From a virus, in IMG/VR virus record IMGVR_UViG_3300044946_000048, positions 24,620 to 88,619 of that record: a DNA stretch of 64,000 bases. One strand, written 5' to 3'. Each line of letters begins with the position of its first letter. Position 1 is the first letter of the stretch. Below are positions 22,387 through 32,426 of the stretch, piece after piece. The notes below the pieces were generated by a model. It was not told the origin of the DNA. It did not search any database and saw only the letters and a program-made list of their open reading frames with translations. A program made the position numbers and the translations under genes.

Positions 22387-24522
22387 ATGGGATTTTTCAA
22401 AGACATTGCAATGCCTTTGGTTAGTCGAGGTGTATCTGTAATCCCTCTCAGTCCGAAGACTAAGATTGCGTTCCTGAAGAATTGGCAGGAGCTAGCATCC
22501 ACGGACCTGACAGCCGTCGAGAGATGGGATAAGGAATACCCGGACGCTAATTGTGCGTGCGTGGCCTTTGCAAAGCCTGAGGGTGTGTGGTTCTTAGAAC
22601 TGGATCGAGAGAACTATCACCAAGAGATTGCAAAGCAGACGGGCATGAAGATGCCTGTCACGTTCATGGTTCGCAGTTCGCCAGGACGAGGGCACTACTA
22701 TTTCAAGCAGACGGCTGCCAGCATCGCCATGGGTAACCGCCAGGCCGAGGATGCGCAGGGAGAACTGTGGAGCGCACGAGTCGATAAGCGTTACGTGGTC
22801 TCTCCTGGTAGCATACACCCTAAGACGGGGATGCCATATGAAGTAGTGCGTAACACGCCGATTATAGAAGCGCCCGATTGGTTGGTTCAGTGGTGCTCAG
22901 GGCAGATTGTGTCTGCACCTAAGATAACGGATGCCCTCGAAGAGTCTCCGATCATCGAGGGTTCACGCAACAATACCATCACGAGCCTGCTAGGCAAGGC
23001 AAGACAGAACCTAGGCATGGACCGAGACCAGTTGCTGGAATTCGGTTTGAGCCTGAACCAAAAGCGTTGTCATCCTCCGCTGCCTGACAGCGAAATAAAG
23101 ACCATTGCAAACTCTGTGGCTCGTTACAATGTTGTGCCCACGGGACCGTCAACGGTTATCATGGGCCAGACGGATGCAGATAAGAAGGTGCAAGCGGAGA
23201 AAAAGTCTACGCTTGAGAGCACGATTCGTGCTGCCAATCCGAAGTTGAGCGATGCGACAGTTGCTCGCATGGTTCATCAGATACAGGCAGGATGCGAAGA
23301 GGAATATAATTCAGCCAACGGAAGCAAGCCAGACTTCATACATTCTGATGCGTTTGCCAGCACACGATTGAGCGATATCTATCAGGAAGTGTTCGAGCCG
23401 AACGACTGGCCGCTTGTGATGGCTCTGCCTGCATTAGTTACGGCGGCGTCTGTAGTGGTGCCGCCACAGCCTAGGCCAGAGTCTGGGATGATGATAGGCG
23501 ACGATCCTATGGTCAGTCTGTATACTGCGCTGATTGCAGAAGTGAACGCAGGCAAGTCACAGATGATGAAATGGGCCGCACGAGCAATCGGCATCATGCC
23601 CGAGGACGAAACCTTAGGCACGCACTATTACGAAGGCAAGTGGGGCTCCGGCGAGCAGATGCTGAGAGCGATACAAAAGAAGCAGAGCAATTTCGTAAAC
23701 AGGACCGTGTTGATAACTTCAGACGAATTGTCGCACTTGTTCGCGAAGGCAACCATCGAGAAGGCGTCTCTGCCGATGGTTTTGGATACCGCCTTCTACA
23801 AGAGGCATCACAATTTTACGCTCGGCGGGCACAACGGCGGCACGGAATATAATTTGAATGTCGCTATGAGTCTCATCGGGGGTATTGTGGAATCCGAATT
23901 CGATACCGTATTCGGTGCGGGCACATTGGGCGGACTATATGACAGGTTTTTATTCGGACGTGCACCAACAAATTTCAAGTGGGATTATAGGCCATGCCCG
24001 ATTCTAGAAACGAGGCAATGGTCAACCTGGGACATGAAGCCTGTGCGCCAGGATGCCTCTGTCTGGGAAGTTACCAAGGGATGGAAGAGAAAGAATCCAG
24101 AGATGGGACGTATATCAGAACTGTGCGTCCGCATCGCTACCATCTTCGCATCCGTAGACGGTAGGTCGGAAATTACGGGCAAGGATATCGAGCCGTTGGA
24201 ATCCCTAGCCGCTAACCAGCTTAACATCCGTGGCGTCTATCAACCGAACGCAGGCTTGAATTATGAAGCCGTGTTCGCTAACAAGGCTTTGGCTTGGATT
24301 GACGACAAAGCCACAGAATGGAAGTCAATCCGAGATTTGAAGCGTGATTTGAAGCGTGTCGAAGCAAAGGTCGGGCCTGTCATAGCATTGCGCACGTTGA
24401 GAAGCCTAGCCTACAGCGGCAGTATCGATATGTGGGAGTCCAAGGACGAAACCAAGAACCCGAGACCGACGGATTATGTTGGTGGAGACATTAAAATTGG
24501 GCTCGTGAGAAAGGCAAGATAA
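22387..24522 (+). CDS. primase-polymerase with PriCT and C-terminal helicase-like domain
   Basis: GHYYF, YVVSPGSIHP.TG..Y, EGSRN, PPLPDSE motifs; Walker-A-like NAGKS; DE motif. Confidence 0.88.
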   Translation: MGFFKDIAMPLVSRGVSVIPLSPKTKIAFLKNWQELASTDLTAVERWDKEYPDANCACVAFAKPEGVWFLELDRENYHQEIAKQTGMKMPVTFMVRSSPGRGHYYFKQTAASIAMGNRQAEDAQGELWSARVDKRYVVSPGSIHPKTGMPYEVVRNTPIIEAPDWLVQWCSGQIVSAPKITDALEESPIIEGSRNNTITSLLGKARQNLGMDRDQLLEFGLSLNQKRCHPPLPDSEIKTIANSVARYNVVPTGPSTVIMGQTDADKKVQAEKKSTLESTIRAANPKLSDATVARMVHQIQAGCEEEYNSANGSKPDFIHSDAFASTRLSDIYQEVFEPNDWPLVMALPALVTAASVVVPPQPRPESGMMIGDDPMVSLYTALIAEVNAGKSQMMKWAARAIGIMPEDETLGTHYYEGKWGSGEQMLRAIQKKQSNFVNRTVLITSDELSHLFAKATIEKASLPMVLDTAFYKRHHNFTLGGHNGGTEYNLNVAMSLIGGIVESEFDTVFGAGTLGGLYDRFLFGRAPTNFKWDYRPCPILETRQWSTWDMKPVRQDASVWEVTKGWKRKNPEMGRISELCVRIATIFASVDGRSEITGKDIEPLESLAANQLNIRGVYQPNAGLNYEAVFANKALAWIDDKATEWKSIRDLKRDLKRVEAKVGPVIALRTLRSLAYSGSIDMWESKDETKNPRPTDYVGGDIKIGLVRKAR

Positions 24523-25109
24523 TGCATAAATTACCGGAGCCAAACAGTATGAGTAAATCAGAACTGGATGCAGAAGTAGCCAAACTCGAATTAGAGAAGT
24601 TACTTAGCGACGATTTTTACGAAAGATGGCGCAGAAGAGATGAAGATCACAAGGATATTTCTGAGTGCGTTAATTGTAAAAAGTCATATCATAATTCTAT
24701 ATGGGAAGACGCTGGAAAAGACCCGCGTAGATGGCAACTACAAATCTGTCGAGTGTGTTTCTATGATTTGAACAAGAATCTAACTCCAGAACTGGAACTG
24801 CTTTTTAAATTAGTAGATAAGCAAAAAGAACTCAATGCTGTTGAAGACGGGTTACGTGAAGCATATGATACTCTAATAAAGGAACAACGCACTCCAGCCA
24901 GAATAGAGCTAGACGCATATCAAAAAGAACAAGGCGTCTGTTGGTTTGGTCCTCAGCCAAGACCAGAAGGTTTCGTGGGCGGCCCAGAGAAAAGCCGAAT
25001 CAAGGCTGTCTTCGGACTTGATATGGGCGGAGAAAAGGGTGTATCTAAATCAAAAGAAATGATTTTTATGCCACCCACTATAATTTTAGACGAAGGAGGT
25101 TTCGAATGA
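24522..25109 (+). CDS. hypothetical protein
   Basis: Translationally coupled ORF with CxxC pairs. Confidence 0.65.
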   Translation: MHKLPEPNSMSKSELDAEVAKLELEKLLSDDFYERWRRRDEDHKDISECVNCKKSYHNSIWEDAGKDPRRWQLQICRVCFYDLNKNLTPELELLFKLVDKQKELNAVEDGLREAYDTLIKEQRTPARIELDAYQKEQGVCWFGPQPRPEGFVGGPEKSRIKAVFGLDMGGEKGVSKSKEMIFMPPTIILDEGGFE

Positions 25110-25435
25110 TTCATTATTGGGAATGTAAAATCTGCACAAGCCAATGGAGAACTTGCTGCTTCGGAGAAATGTTCGAGTCTCCTGAACAACGAGAATTAAA
25201 TCGTCGAAAACCATATCATTTTTGCGATCATTGTTTTCTAGAATTAGAAAAGACTGACAAGCCTCTACTGCACGTTTTGCACTTGAAACAGAGACTTGAA
25301 AAGAAGAGCGAAGAGTTACGAAAGGTCGTTGACGATTTAACTGCTATATTGGGTTTCGGATATGAGCATCATCTTAAAGACCTTCTAAGGGAATTAGGAG
25401 CGAAGAAAATTAAGAGCGGAGAAATTCCGTGCTAG
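25106..25435 (+). CDS. hypothetical protein
   Basis: GGAGG ribosome-binding site; CxxC pairs. Confidence 0.65.
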   Translation: MIHYWECKICTSQWRTCCFGEMFESPEQRELNRRKPYHFCDHCFLELEKTDKPLLHVLHLKQRLEKKSEELRKVVDDLTAILGFGYEHHLKDLLRELGAKKIKSGEIPC

Positions 25436-25579
25436 TCAATTTATCAATAAACTTACAGAGAGGCGAATCCCCAACGTGTGCAGCTTGCGGGCACAAGATG
25501 TCCTCACACGTCGTAAATGCACAAGGTGATGCAATTTGTTTCGGATGTACAAATACGTGCAATGCAATGGTAAAGGCAA

Positions 25580-26269
25580 ATGAAGATAATAAAGCCAAGC
25601 TTCAAATTCAGCAACCCGTACCAGGACAGACTAACTCCTGAAGACGGGCTCAAGATGCTCAGGTTCATCGAACTTCAGGCGAGGATATCCCATCGCTCCG
25701 AAGACAAGCAGACGGGAGACACCTGGAAGAAATTTATCGAAGCCGTCGTGATTAAGCATGGGGACTGGTCGGTTACAGAGCATTGCTCCATCACAGCGAC
25801 GATTCGCACAGACCGAGGCGTGACGCATGAGTTGGTTCGCCACAGGCTGTTTAGTTTCACCCAGGAGAGCACGAGGTTTGTAAGGTACAAGGCGGCAGAC
25901 GCACCGATGGACCTTAACGCTGGAATGGAATTCATATATCCTGAAGAGGCACCCGAGGGCTGCTTTGCGAATTGGGATTTAGCAATGAGCGTATGTGAGG
26001 ATGCTTATAGAGACCTTCTGAAGGCAGGATGGCGTCCGCAGGAAGCACGCAGCGTGTTACCGAATGCACTGGCGGCAACGATAGCAGTCACAGGCAATCT
26101 CCGTAATTGGAGACACTTTTTCTTGATGCGTACTTCGAAAGAAACGCATCCAGACTTCAAGCGAATCACGATTCCGATGCTTGCGGAGTTTCAAAGAATA
26201 GTACCGTTGTTGTATGACGACATTGTTCCTGAGAACAGGCAAGTCGATAACTTGAGGTTAGTGCGATGA
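25580..26269 (+). CDS. thyX: flavin-dependent thymidylate synthase
   Basis: THELVRHRLFSFTQESTRF signature, ARSVLPN, NLRNWRHF. Confidence 0.95.
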   Translation: MKIIKPSFKFSNPYQDRLTPEDGLKMLRFIELQARISHRSEDKQTGDTWKKFIEAVVIKHGDWSVTEHCSITATIRTDRGVTHELVRHRLFSFTQESTRFVRYKAADAPMDLNAGMEFIYPEEAPEGCFANWDLAMSVCEDAYRDLLKAGWRPQEARSVLPNALAATIAVTGNLRNWRHFFLMRTSKETHPDFKRITIPMLAEFQRIVPLLYDDIVPENRQVDNLRLVR

Positions 26270-26610
26270 ATAGAGCGTATCAAAGGATATGGAGGCGTAA
26301 TCGAAGGTTAGCGGGGTTATGCGCTCGTTGTTCTAGAAAACGAAAGAAGAACTCGAATGTTTGCGAGGCTTGCACCGCGTCTTCATCTATATTTAAAATC
26401 AGAAAGACGGATAGAACAAAAGCCAAGGAAGCAAAGAATAAGAAGTGTATCATATGTAATCGTCGCGTACCTTTAGAAATAGATCACTGTCACAAGACGG
26501 GCAAGTTTCGGGGCAGAATATGCCATCGTTGTAATATGGGCCTCGGTCAATTCAGGGATAGCATAAGGCTGTTGATAAGAGTAATTCTGTATCTCCGAGG
26601 AGAGTTATGA
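26266..26610 (+). CDS. endonuclease VII-like homing endonuclease
   Basis: CIIC...IDHCHKTGKFRGRIC..CN.GLG.F.D. Confidence 0.85.
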   Translation: MNRAYQRIWRRNRRLAGLCARCSRKRKKNSNVCEACTASSSIFKIRKTDRTKAKEAKNKKCIICNRRVPLEIDHCHKTGKFRGRICHRCNMGLGQFRDSIRLLIRVILYLRGEL

Positions 26611-28247
26611 CGAAGATGAGCAAGTTTGCGCAAGATATTATGTGCCAGAAGTACAGCCACTTAAACAAGGAAGGCGAGAAAGAAACATGGGACAACATAG
26701 CATATCGAGTGAGCAAGAAGGTGCTGCAAGCCGTGCATGCTTCAACGAGCCAGATCGAGCAAACCAAGAATCTGATACAACAGCGCAAATTTATACCGGG
26801 TGGGAGATATCTTGCAGCGACTGGACGCTTATATCATCAGGTGAACAATTGCTTTTTGTTCCGTGCAGAGGATTCGAGGGAAGGTTGGGCAGACCTGATG
26901 CACAAGGCTACGCTTTCACTGATGACTGGAGGCGGTATTGGGTGCGATTATTCAGACGTGCGGGAGAAAGGCAGACTAATCCGAAAGACTGGTGGAGAAG
27001 CCACGGGTCCGATTGCTTTGATGCAGATGGTCAACGAATCGGGACGCTATATTATGCAGGGCGGCTCACGGCGTTCAGCGATATGGGCAGGCTTAAACTG
27101 GTCGCATCCTGACATTCAGGAGTTTATCCGATTGAAGGATTGGAGCGAAGTAGTATGCCAGGAAAAGCTGAAGAATTTCAATTTCCCGGCGACAATGGAC
27201 ATGACCAACATTTCCGTGCTACTAGATGATGAATTCTTTGAGGCATACAACGATGACAAACACGAACAGCATACATTGGCACAATCGATCTACTGGAGCA
27301 CCGTGCGCCATATGTTGGAGACAGGCGAACCCGGATTTTCCATTGACACTGGAAGGAATAGTCGAGAGACACTTCGAAACGCTTGCACGGAAGTTACCTC
27401 AGCGGACGATTCCGATGTCTGCAACTTGGGCTCTATTAACATGGCTCGAATCGAATCCTTGGAAGAAATGGCACACGCGGTGGAATACGGAATTGCTTTC
27501 CTTCTTGCTGGAACCGTCTATTCCGACATTCCGTTTGCCGGAGTGGACAAGATTAGAAATAAGAACCGCCGTCTGGGACTTGGCCTTATGGGACTTCACG
27601 AATGGCTGCTCAGACACGGAAAGAAGTACGGACCAGACGAAGAACTAGGAAAGTATCTGGAGATTTATGCAAGAGCAGACGAATTCGTTAAGCCTTACGC
27701 AAAGAAGTGGGAACTCTCTCAGCCAATTAAGACACGAGCAATCGCTCCTAACGGTACTATCGGAATCGTCGCTGAAACAACGACTGGCGTTGAGCCGATA
27801 TTTTGTGCCGCTTATAAACGACGCTATCTCAAAGGTGATGTCTGGAACTTCCAGTACGTGGTTGACCCTACTGCAAAAACATTACTGGATGCAGGAGTGC
27901 CTCTGGAATTAATCGAGGATGCATATGATTTGGCGAATGATGTTGAAAGACGAGTATCCTTTCAGACTTGGGTCCAACAGTACGTGGACCATTCCATCTC
28001 CAGCACTATTAATCTGCCAAGATGGGGAAGCGAACTCAATAATGAAAACAAAGTACGGAATTTCGGAAACATGCTCATCAAGTATCTTCCGAATCTTCGG
28101 GGGATCACAGTTTATCCTGACGGAGCAAGAGCAGGACAGCCACTGAACCCTGTGCCGCTGGCTGAAGCATTAAAGAATGAGGGGCATGTGTACGAAGAAT
28201 CCGGAACAACTGTGTGCGACGTGACTCGTGGAGGTGTCTGTGGATAA
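26607..28247 (+). CDS. nrdJ: ribonucleotide reductase, probably class II (B12-dependent)
   Basis: PGGR, NNCF, NACTE, CNLGSIN, IAPNGT, SISSTIN and C-terminal Cys pair; no beta subunit nearby. Confidence 0.85.
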   Translation: MTKMSKFAQDIMCQKYSHLNKEGEKETWDNIAYRVSKKVLQAVHASTSQIEQTKNLIQQRKFIPGGRYLAATGRLYHQVNNCFLFRAEDSREGWADLMHKATLSLMTGGGIGCDYSDVREKGRLIRKTGGEATGPIALMQMVNESGRYIMQGGSRRSAIWAGLNWSHPDIQEFIRLKDWSEVVCQEKLKNFNFPATMDMTNISVLLDDEFFEAYNDDKHEQHTLAQSIYWSTVRHMLETGEPGFSIDTGRNSRETLRNACTEVTSADDSDVCNLGSINMARIESLEEMAHAVEYGIAFLLAGTVYSDIPFAGVDKIRNKNRRLGLGLMGLHEWLLRHGKKYGPDEELGKYLEIYARADEFVKPYAKKWELSQPIKTRAIAPNGTIGIVAETTTGVEPIFCAAYKRRYLKGDVWNFQYVVDPTAKTLLDAGVPLELIEDAYDLANDVERRVSFQTWVQQYVDHSISSTINLPRWGSELNNENKVRNFGNMLIKYLPNLRGITVYPDGARAGQPLNPVPLAEALKNEGHVYEESGTTVCDVTRGGVCG

Positions 28248-29256
28248 CAAGTCTAAAGTGCTATTTATTTTGAAGCGTCACTCTTATTGCTATCCTCACC
28301 ACTATTTTCCACGGTACGGGGGCATGTCCAGCGGGCTGCACAATTCGGCGCAGTTCGTTAGTCAGATGCTGACGAAGAATGGTGTGGACTCTAAGGTGGT
28401 AGTAGTCATAGACAACAATGATATAGACAGAGAAGTTTACAATTATAAGCCTACTCATGTCGTAATTGAAGCCCTCTGGGTCGTTCCTGAGAAATTTGAA
28501 ATACTCAAGAAGCTTCACCCAAACGTTCGATGGATTGTGCGCACGCACAGTGAGATTCCGTTTCTTGCGTTGGAGGGGATAGCGATAGATTGGATTAAGC
28601 GATATCGAGGTGACGGGATAGCGGTAGCGGTTAATTCACTGCGCACGCAAAGAGATTTAGAAAATTCAATCGGGGTTGACATTGAGTATTTGCCAAACTA
28701 CTATCCAACAGACTTCAGGCATTTCTATTCTAGCGACGACGGAATTCTGAACGTGGGCTGTTTCGGCGCAATCCGTCCTATGAAGAACCAGCTTCTACAG
28801 GCGATGGCAGCTATCTCATATGCTAATTCCACGGGTCTCTCACTAGCTTTTCACATAAACGCAGGGAGGGTAGAGCAGGGCGAATCCGTTCTAAAAAATC
28901 TTGAAGCGTTGTTTGCGGGAACCTCGTATGCGCTAGTCAAGCATGGATGGGAAGATTCGGAATCATTTCTGTCCATCGTCCAGGGAATGGATTTAGTTAT
29001 GTCCGTATCTCTTACAGAAACCTTTTCATTGGTTACAGCAGACGCCGTCTCTCAGGGAATTCCAATTGTTACGTCTCCTGAGGTTAGTTGGGCTTGGAAA
29101 GCCGCTCAAGCTGATCCTACGAACGCAGCGGACATTGAGAGAAAAATGCATTATGCTCTCTGTTGCCCGGCTCTGACATCGTGGATTAATCAAACTAAGT
29201 TGAAGAGATACTCAGAAAAGTCTCAAAGCATTTGGCTAGATTATTTAAATCGATAG
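28240..29256 (+). CDS. GT-B (GT4-like) glycosyltransferase
   Basis: GCFGAIRPMKN and S..ETF.LV.ADA...G.P motifs. Confidence 0.8.
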   Translation: MDNKSKVLFILKRHSYCYPHHYFPRYGGMSSGLHNSAQFVSQMLTKNGVDSKVVVVIDNNDIDREVYNYKPTHVVIEALWVVPEKFEILKKLHPNVRWIVRTHSEIPFLALEGIAIDWIKRYRGDGIAVAVNSLRTQRDLENSIGVDIEYLPNYYPTDFRHFYSSDDGILNVGCFGAIRPMKNQLLQAMAAISYANSTGLSLAFHINAGRVEQGESVLKNLEALFAGTSYALVKHGWEDSESFLSIVQGMDLVMSVSLTETFSLVTADAVSQGIPIVTSPEVSWAWKAAQADPTNAADIERKMHYALCCPALTSWINQTKLKRYSEKSQSIWLDYLNR

Positions 29257-29265
29257 GAGAATACA

Positions 29266-29637
29266 GTGGAATTAAACGAATATCAACGAGCGGTACTGAA
29301 GACAGCGGTTTATCCTGGCATGGGCATCAAAGAGGGATTCGAGTACACTCTCTTCGGCATGTTGGGAGAAGGTGGAGAACTCGCTAATAAATATAAGAAG
29401 ATTCTCCGCAATCGGGAGCAGTACGCAGCCCACCGAGCACTATTAATGGATGAGTTAGGTGACGTACTCTGGTACGCACTTGCAGTTGCTTCCGAACTAG
29501 GATATACTCTAGAGGAAGTCGCCGCTTTCAATCTCGCCAAACTTGCCGCAAGACAAGCCACGGGAACGCTCAAGCAGCACGGAGAATATAGCTTACACGA
29601 AGTGTCTGAATGTAAGCCTGGAGTTTGTGTAAAATAG
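29266..29637 (+). CDS. MazG-like nucleotide pyrophosphohydrolase
   Basis: GEGGE...KK...DELGDVLWY...N..KL..R. Confidence 0.88.
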   Translation: MELNEYQRAVLKTAVYPGMGIKEGFEYTLFGMLGEGGELANKYKKILRNREQYAAHRALLMDELGDVLWYALAVASELGYTLEEVAAFNLAKLAARQATGTLKQHGEYSLHEVSECKPGVCVK

Positions 29638-29818
29638 GATTGGGGTTGTATGCAGCGCAAGTTGAAAGAAATAATAGAGTGTGCATTATGCAAAGAACAT
29701 ATCAGATTAGCCTTCTGCTTGCGTTTCTTTGAGCATCTATTCGAGCATCACAAGTTTGACAATCACGTGGAAGTCGGAACGCATGTTCTGAATCATGTGC
29801 TTACGGAGAAGCAAAAGA

Positions 29819-32056
29819 ATGCGTCAGGAATACCTATACCTAGACTTCGAAACTCGATCAGAGGCTGACTTACCAGAAGTCGGATTGCATAATTATTTCT
29901 TGCATCCGTCAGCTAAAGTTTTGATGCTCGCCTGGGCGTTCGACGATGAGGAGCCAGAACTGTGGTTCCCTAGTACGTCTATGCCCGAACGTCTGCTAAA
30001 CGGACTCCGCAATTCAAATATAAAGAAGGTCGCGTTTAATAGCGCGTTCGAACGTAATTGTCTTGATATCTTGTGTGGTATCAAGATACCTGCCTCAGAA
30101 TTTGAAGACCCACAAGCCAGTGCTCGATATCTAAGTCTGCCTGCTCACTTAAGTGAGGTGGGCGAGGCTCTCGGGCTCCCGTTAGAATTAACAAAAGACA
30201 AACAGGGTAAAGAATTGATGAAAATCTTTTCTTTCCCTCATACCCGCACCAAGAAAGACGGCGGAGGAACGTATTTCTACGAGCCTGCTGACCTACCTGA
30301 AGAATTCAAAGCCTACGGAGAATACTGCAAGCAGGATGTGCGCACAGAGCGTGAAGTTGTGCGCCGTCTCACTGCGTTCAAAGTGTTCCCATTACCTGAG
30401 CGAGAGCGAGCTATTTGGTTGTTTGACCAGAAGGTAAACGATAGAGGCATTCCCGTAGATAGGAAGTTTGTCGAAAACCTATTTAGGATATCGGACAAAA
30501 ACAAGGGTGAAAAGAAAGAAGAGCAGAATGCAGCCACGGGATTGGAGAACGCAAACTCTACAGACCAGTTGCTACCGTGGGTTCGTGAGCGAGGATATCC
30601 ACTGAATAATCTCCGCAAGCAAAATATTGAGCTAGTTCTAAAAGACCCGGAAGTCAAATTAACACAGGAGTGCCGTGATGTTCTCGAAGCAAGAATGGAA
30701 GCAGGATCAATTTCTTACAAGAAGCTATCAGCTATTCTTAGGAACCTTTCTCCTGATGACCGCTTGCGTAACCAATTCATCTATATGGGTAGCAGTCGAT
30801 GCGGAAGGTGGTCTGGGGATGCTGTTCAATTACACAATTTTGCGCGTCCAGACGGTACTTTTGAAGATTTGGATAATGTTATCAAGGCTCGCAACTTCGT
30901 TTATCTCAATGATTACGAGAGCCTGACAAAGATATTCTATAATGAAAAGAAGAAGCGCAATTACAGTCCGCTAGAGATTTCGAGGAACATCATACGCACG
31001 GTGTTCGTTGCGCCCCCAGGCAAAAGGTATAACGTATGTGACCTGAACGCGATAGAAACGAGAGTAGGCGCATGGGTTGCAGAATGTCCTGCATTGCTCC
31101 AGGTCTTCCTGGATGGTAAGGACCCTTACGTAGAATTCGCCACGAAGATGACAGGCATTCTCTATGACGTAATCAAAGCGAATCTGAAATCTCCGGACCC
31201 GGCAGTACGTGCTGCGGCAAAGAGGATGCGTCAGATTGCAAAGCCTGCCGTGCTCGGAGCCATCTATCGCTTGAGTGCTGGCGGTTGGGGATTCGATAAG
31301 AATCGAGACAGGATTAAGACGGGCATGTGGGGCTATGCCGAGAACATGGGCATTGACATGACCTTGGAGCAGTGCACGGACGTTGTAAAAGTCTTCCGTG
31401 AATCCTATCCGGAGATATGTGCTCCACCTAGCAAGGAATTCCCTGACCGTCCAGTTGGAATTTGGTTCCGGTTGGAAGAGGCTGTCTTTGATGTACTCAA
31501 GGGCGGCAAACGGATGAAGAGATTCATCGGCCCGAACGGCTGCATCAAAATCGACAAACTTACACGTACAGAGCCGAACCTACCGATTCTGCGTATTCAG
31601 CTTCCATCCGGAAGATACTTGCACTACATGGATGCAGGCATCCAGAACACGGCAAAGCCGTGGATGGTTAACAAGAAAGACGAGTACGGACAGTACGTCA
31701 AAGACGAGCACGGTGAGAACGTGATGGAGCAGGCGCACGGTCCTAGCTTCACGTACTTTGGAAAGGATCAGCACACAGGCATATGGACACTTATCGTAAG
31801 CCACGGGGGCAAAATATTCGAAAACATCGTGCAGGGCATCGCACGAGACGTGCTAGCGGACAAGCTGTTAGAATTCGAGTCCATTGGCCTGGAAGTAGTT
31901 GGACACGTTCACGACGAAGGGATTACGCTAAGCGACGACGATCCCTTTGCTCCAGGGTTGCTGGAGATGAAAGCAACCATGGATAGACCAGTAACCTGGG
32001 CATTGACTTTACCCTTGGGTAGTGACGGTTTTGAGGATACGTTCTATCACAAGTAG
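29819..32056 (+). CDS. family A DNA polymerase
   Basis: LDFETRS exonuclease motif, GRWSG, DLNAIE.R motif A, RQIAKPAVLG..Y motif B, HVHDE motif C. Confidence 0.93.
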   Translation: MRQEYLYLDFETRSEADLPEVGLHNYFLHPSAKVLMLAWAFDDEEPELWFPSTSMPERLLNGLRNSNIKKVAFNSAFERNCLDILCGIKIPASEFEDPQASARYLSLPAHLSEVGEALGLPLELTKDKQGKELMKIFSFPHTRTKKDGGGTYFYEPADLPEEFKAYGEYCKQDVRTEREVVRRLTAFKVFPLPERERAIWLFDQKVNDRGIPVDRKFVENLFRISDKNKGEKKEEQNAATGLENANSTDQLLPWVRERGYPLNNLRKQNIELVLKDPEVKLTQECRDVLEARMEAGSISYKKLSAILRNLSPDDRLRNQFIYMGSSRCGRWSGDAVQLHNFARPDGTFEDLDNVIKARNFVYLNDYESLTKIFYNEKKKRNYSPLEISRNIIRTVFVAPPGKRYNVCDLNAIETRVGAWVAECPALLQVFLDGKDPYVEFATKMTGILYDVIKANLKSPDPAVRAAAKRMRQIAKPAVLGAIYRLSAGGWGFDKNRDRIKTGMWGYAENMGIDMTLEQCTDVVKVFRESYPEICAPPSKEFPDRPVGIWFRLEEAVFDVLKGGKRMKRFIGPNGCIKIDKLTRTEPNLPILRIQLPSGRYLHYMDAGIQNTAKPWMVNKKDEYGQYVKDEHGENVMEQAHGPSFTYFGKDQHTGIWTLIVSHGGKIFENIVQGIARDVLADKLLEFESIGLEVVGHVHDEGITLSDDDPFAPGLLEMKATMDRPVTWALTLPLGSDGFEDTFYHK

Positions 32057-32073
32057 TAAAAAGGAGAAACAAA

Positions 32074-32340
32074 ATGAGTAAGCTCGTTGAAAGAGAAGTA
32101 AACGAAGCTACTTTTGAACTTATTCGAGAGGCTTACGATAAGTTTAAAGAAGCTTTGTTATTAACAGAACGCTGGTACGCAGGAAAAGATATGTCTGACG
32201 ATGTTGTTAATCGGGAGGAATATCTTCAGTACTGGATGGAAGACATAAAGACTAGATGGTTGGATCGGCTTCAAAATACGCTAGCCAACCAAGGAAGTTT
32301 TTTGCCTTTTAAAATCGCTCCGGGAAGACGTAGAAATTAA
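32074..32340 (+). CDS. hypothetical protein
   Basis: AAGGAG ribosome-binding site. Confidence 0.65.
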   Translation: MSKLVEREVNEATFELIREAYDKFKEALLLTERWYAGKDMSDDVVNREEYLQYWMEDIKTRWLDRLQNTLANQGSFLPFKIAPGRRRN

Positions 32341-32350
32341 TACCAGCGGA

Positions 32351-32370
32351 GGGGCGGCGAAAGTCGCCCC
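32351..32370 (+). terminator. GC-rich hairpin with GAAA loop
   Basis: GGGGCGGC-GAAA-GTCGCCCC between operons; weak U tail. Confidence 0.55.
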
Positions 32371-32382
32371 TTAAAATAAGAC

Positions 32383-32410
32383 TTGACAATGGTTTCAGGT
32401 ATGATAAAAT
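32383..32410 (+). promoter_or_regulatory. sigma70-type promoter
   Basis: TTGACA-16 bp-TAAAAT with extended TG. Confidence 0.7.
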
Positions 32411-32426
32411 CTAATTGGGGGATACA

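Noticed and set aside
26607-32056. Introns or inteins in RNR or DNA polymerase
   Set aside because: Both ORFs are continuous and of normal length; nearby endonucleases are free-standing.
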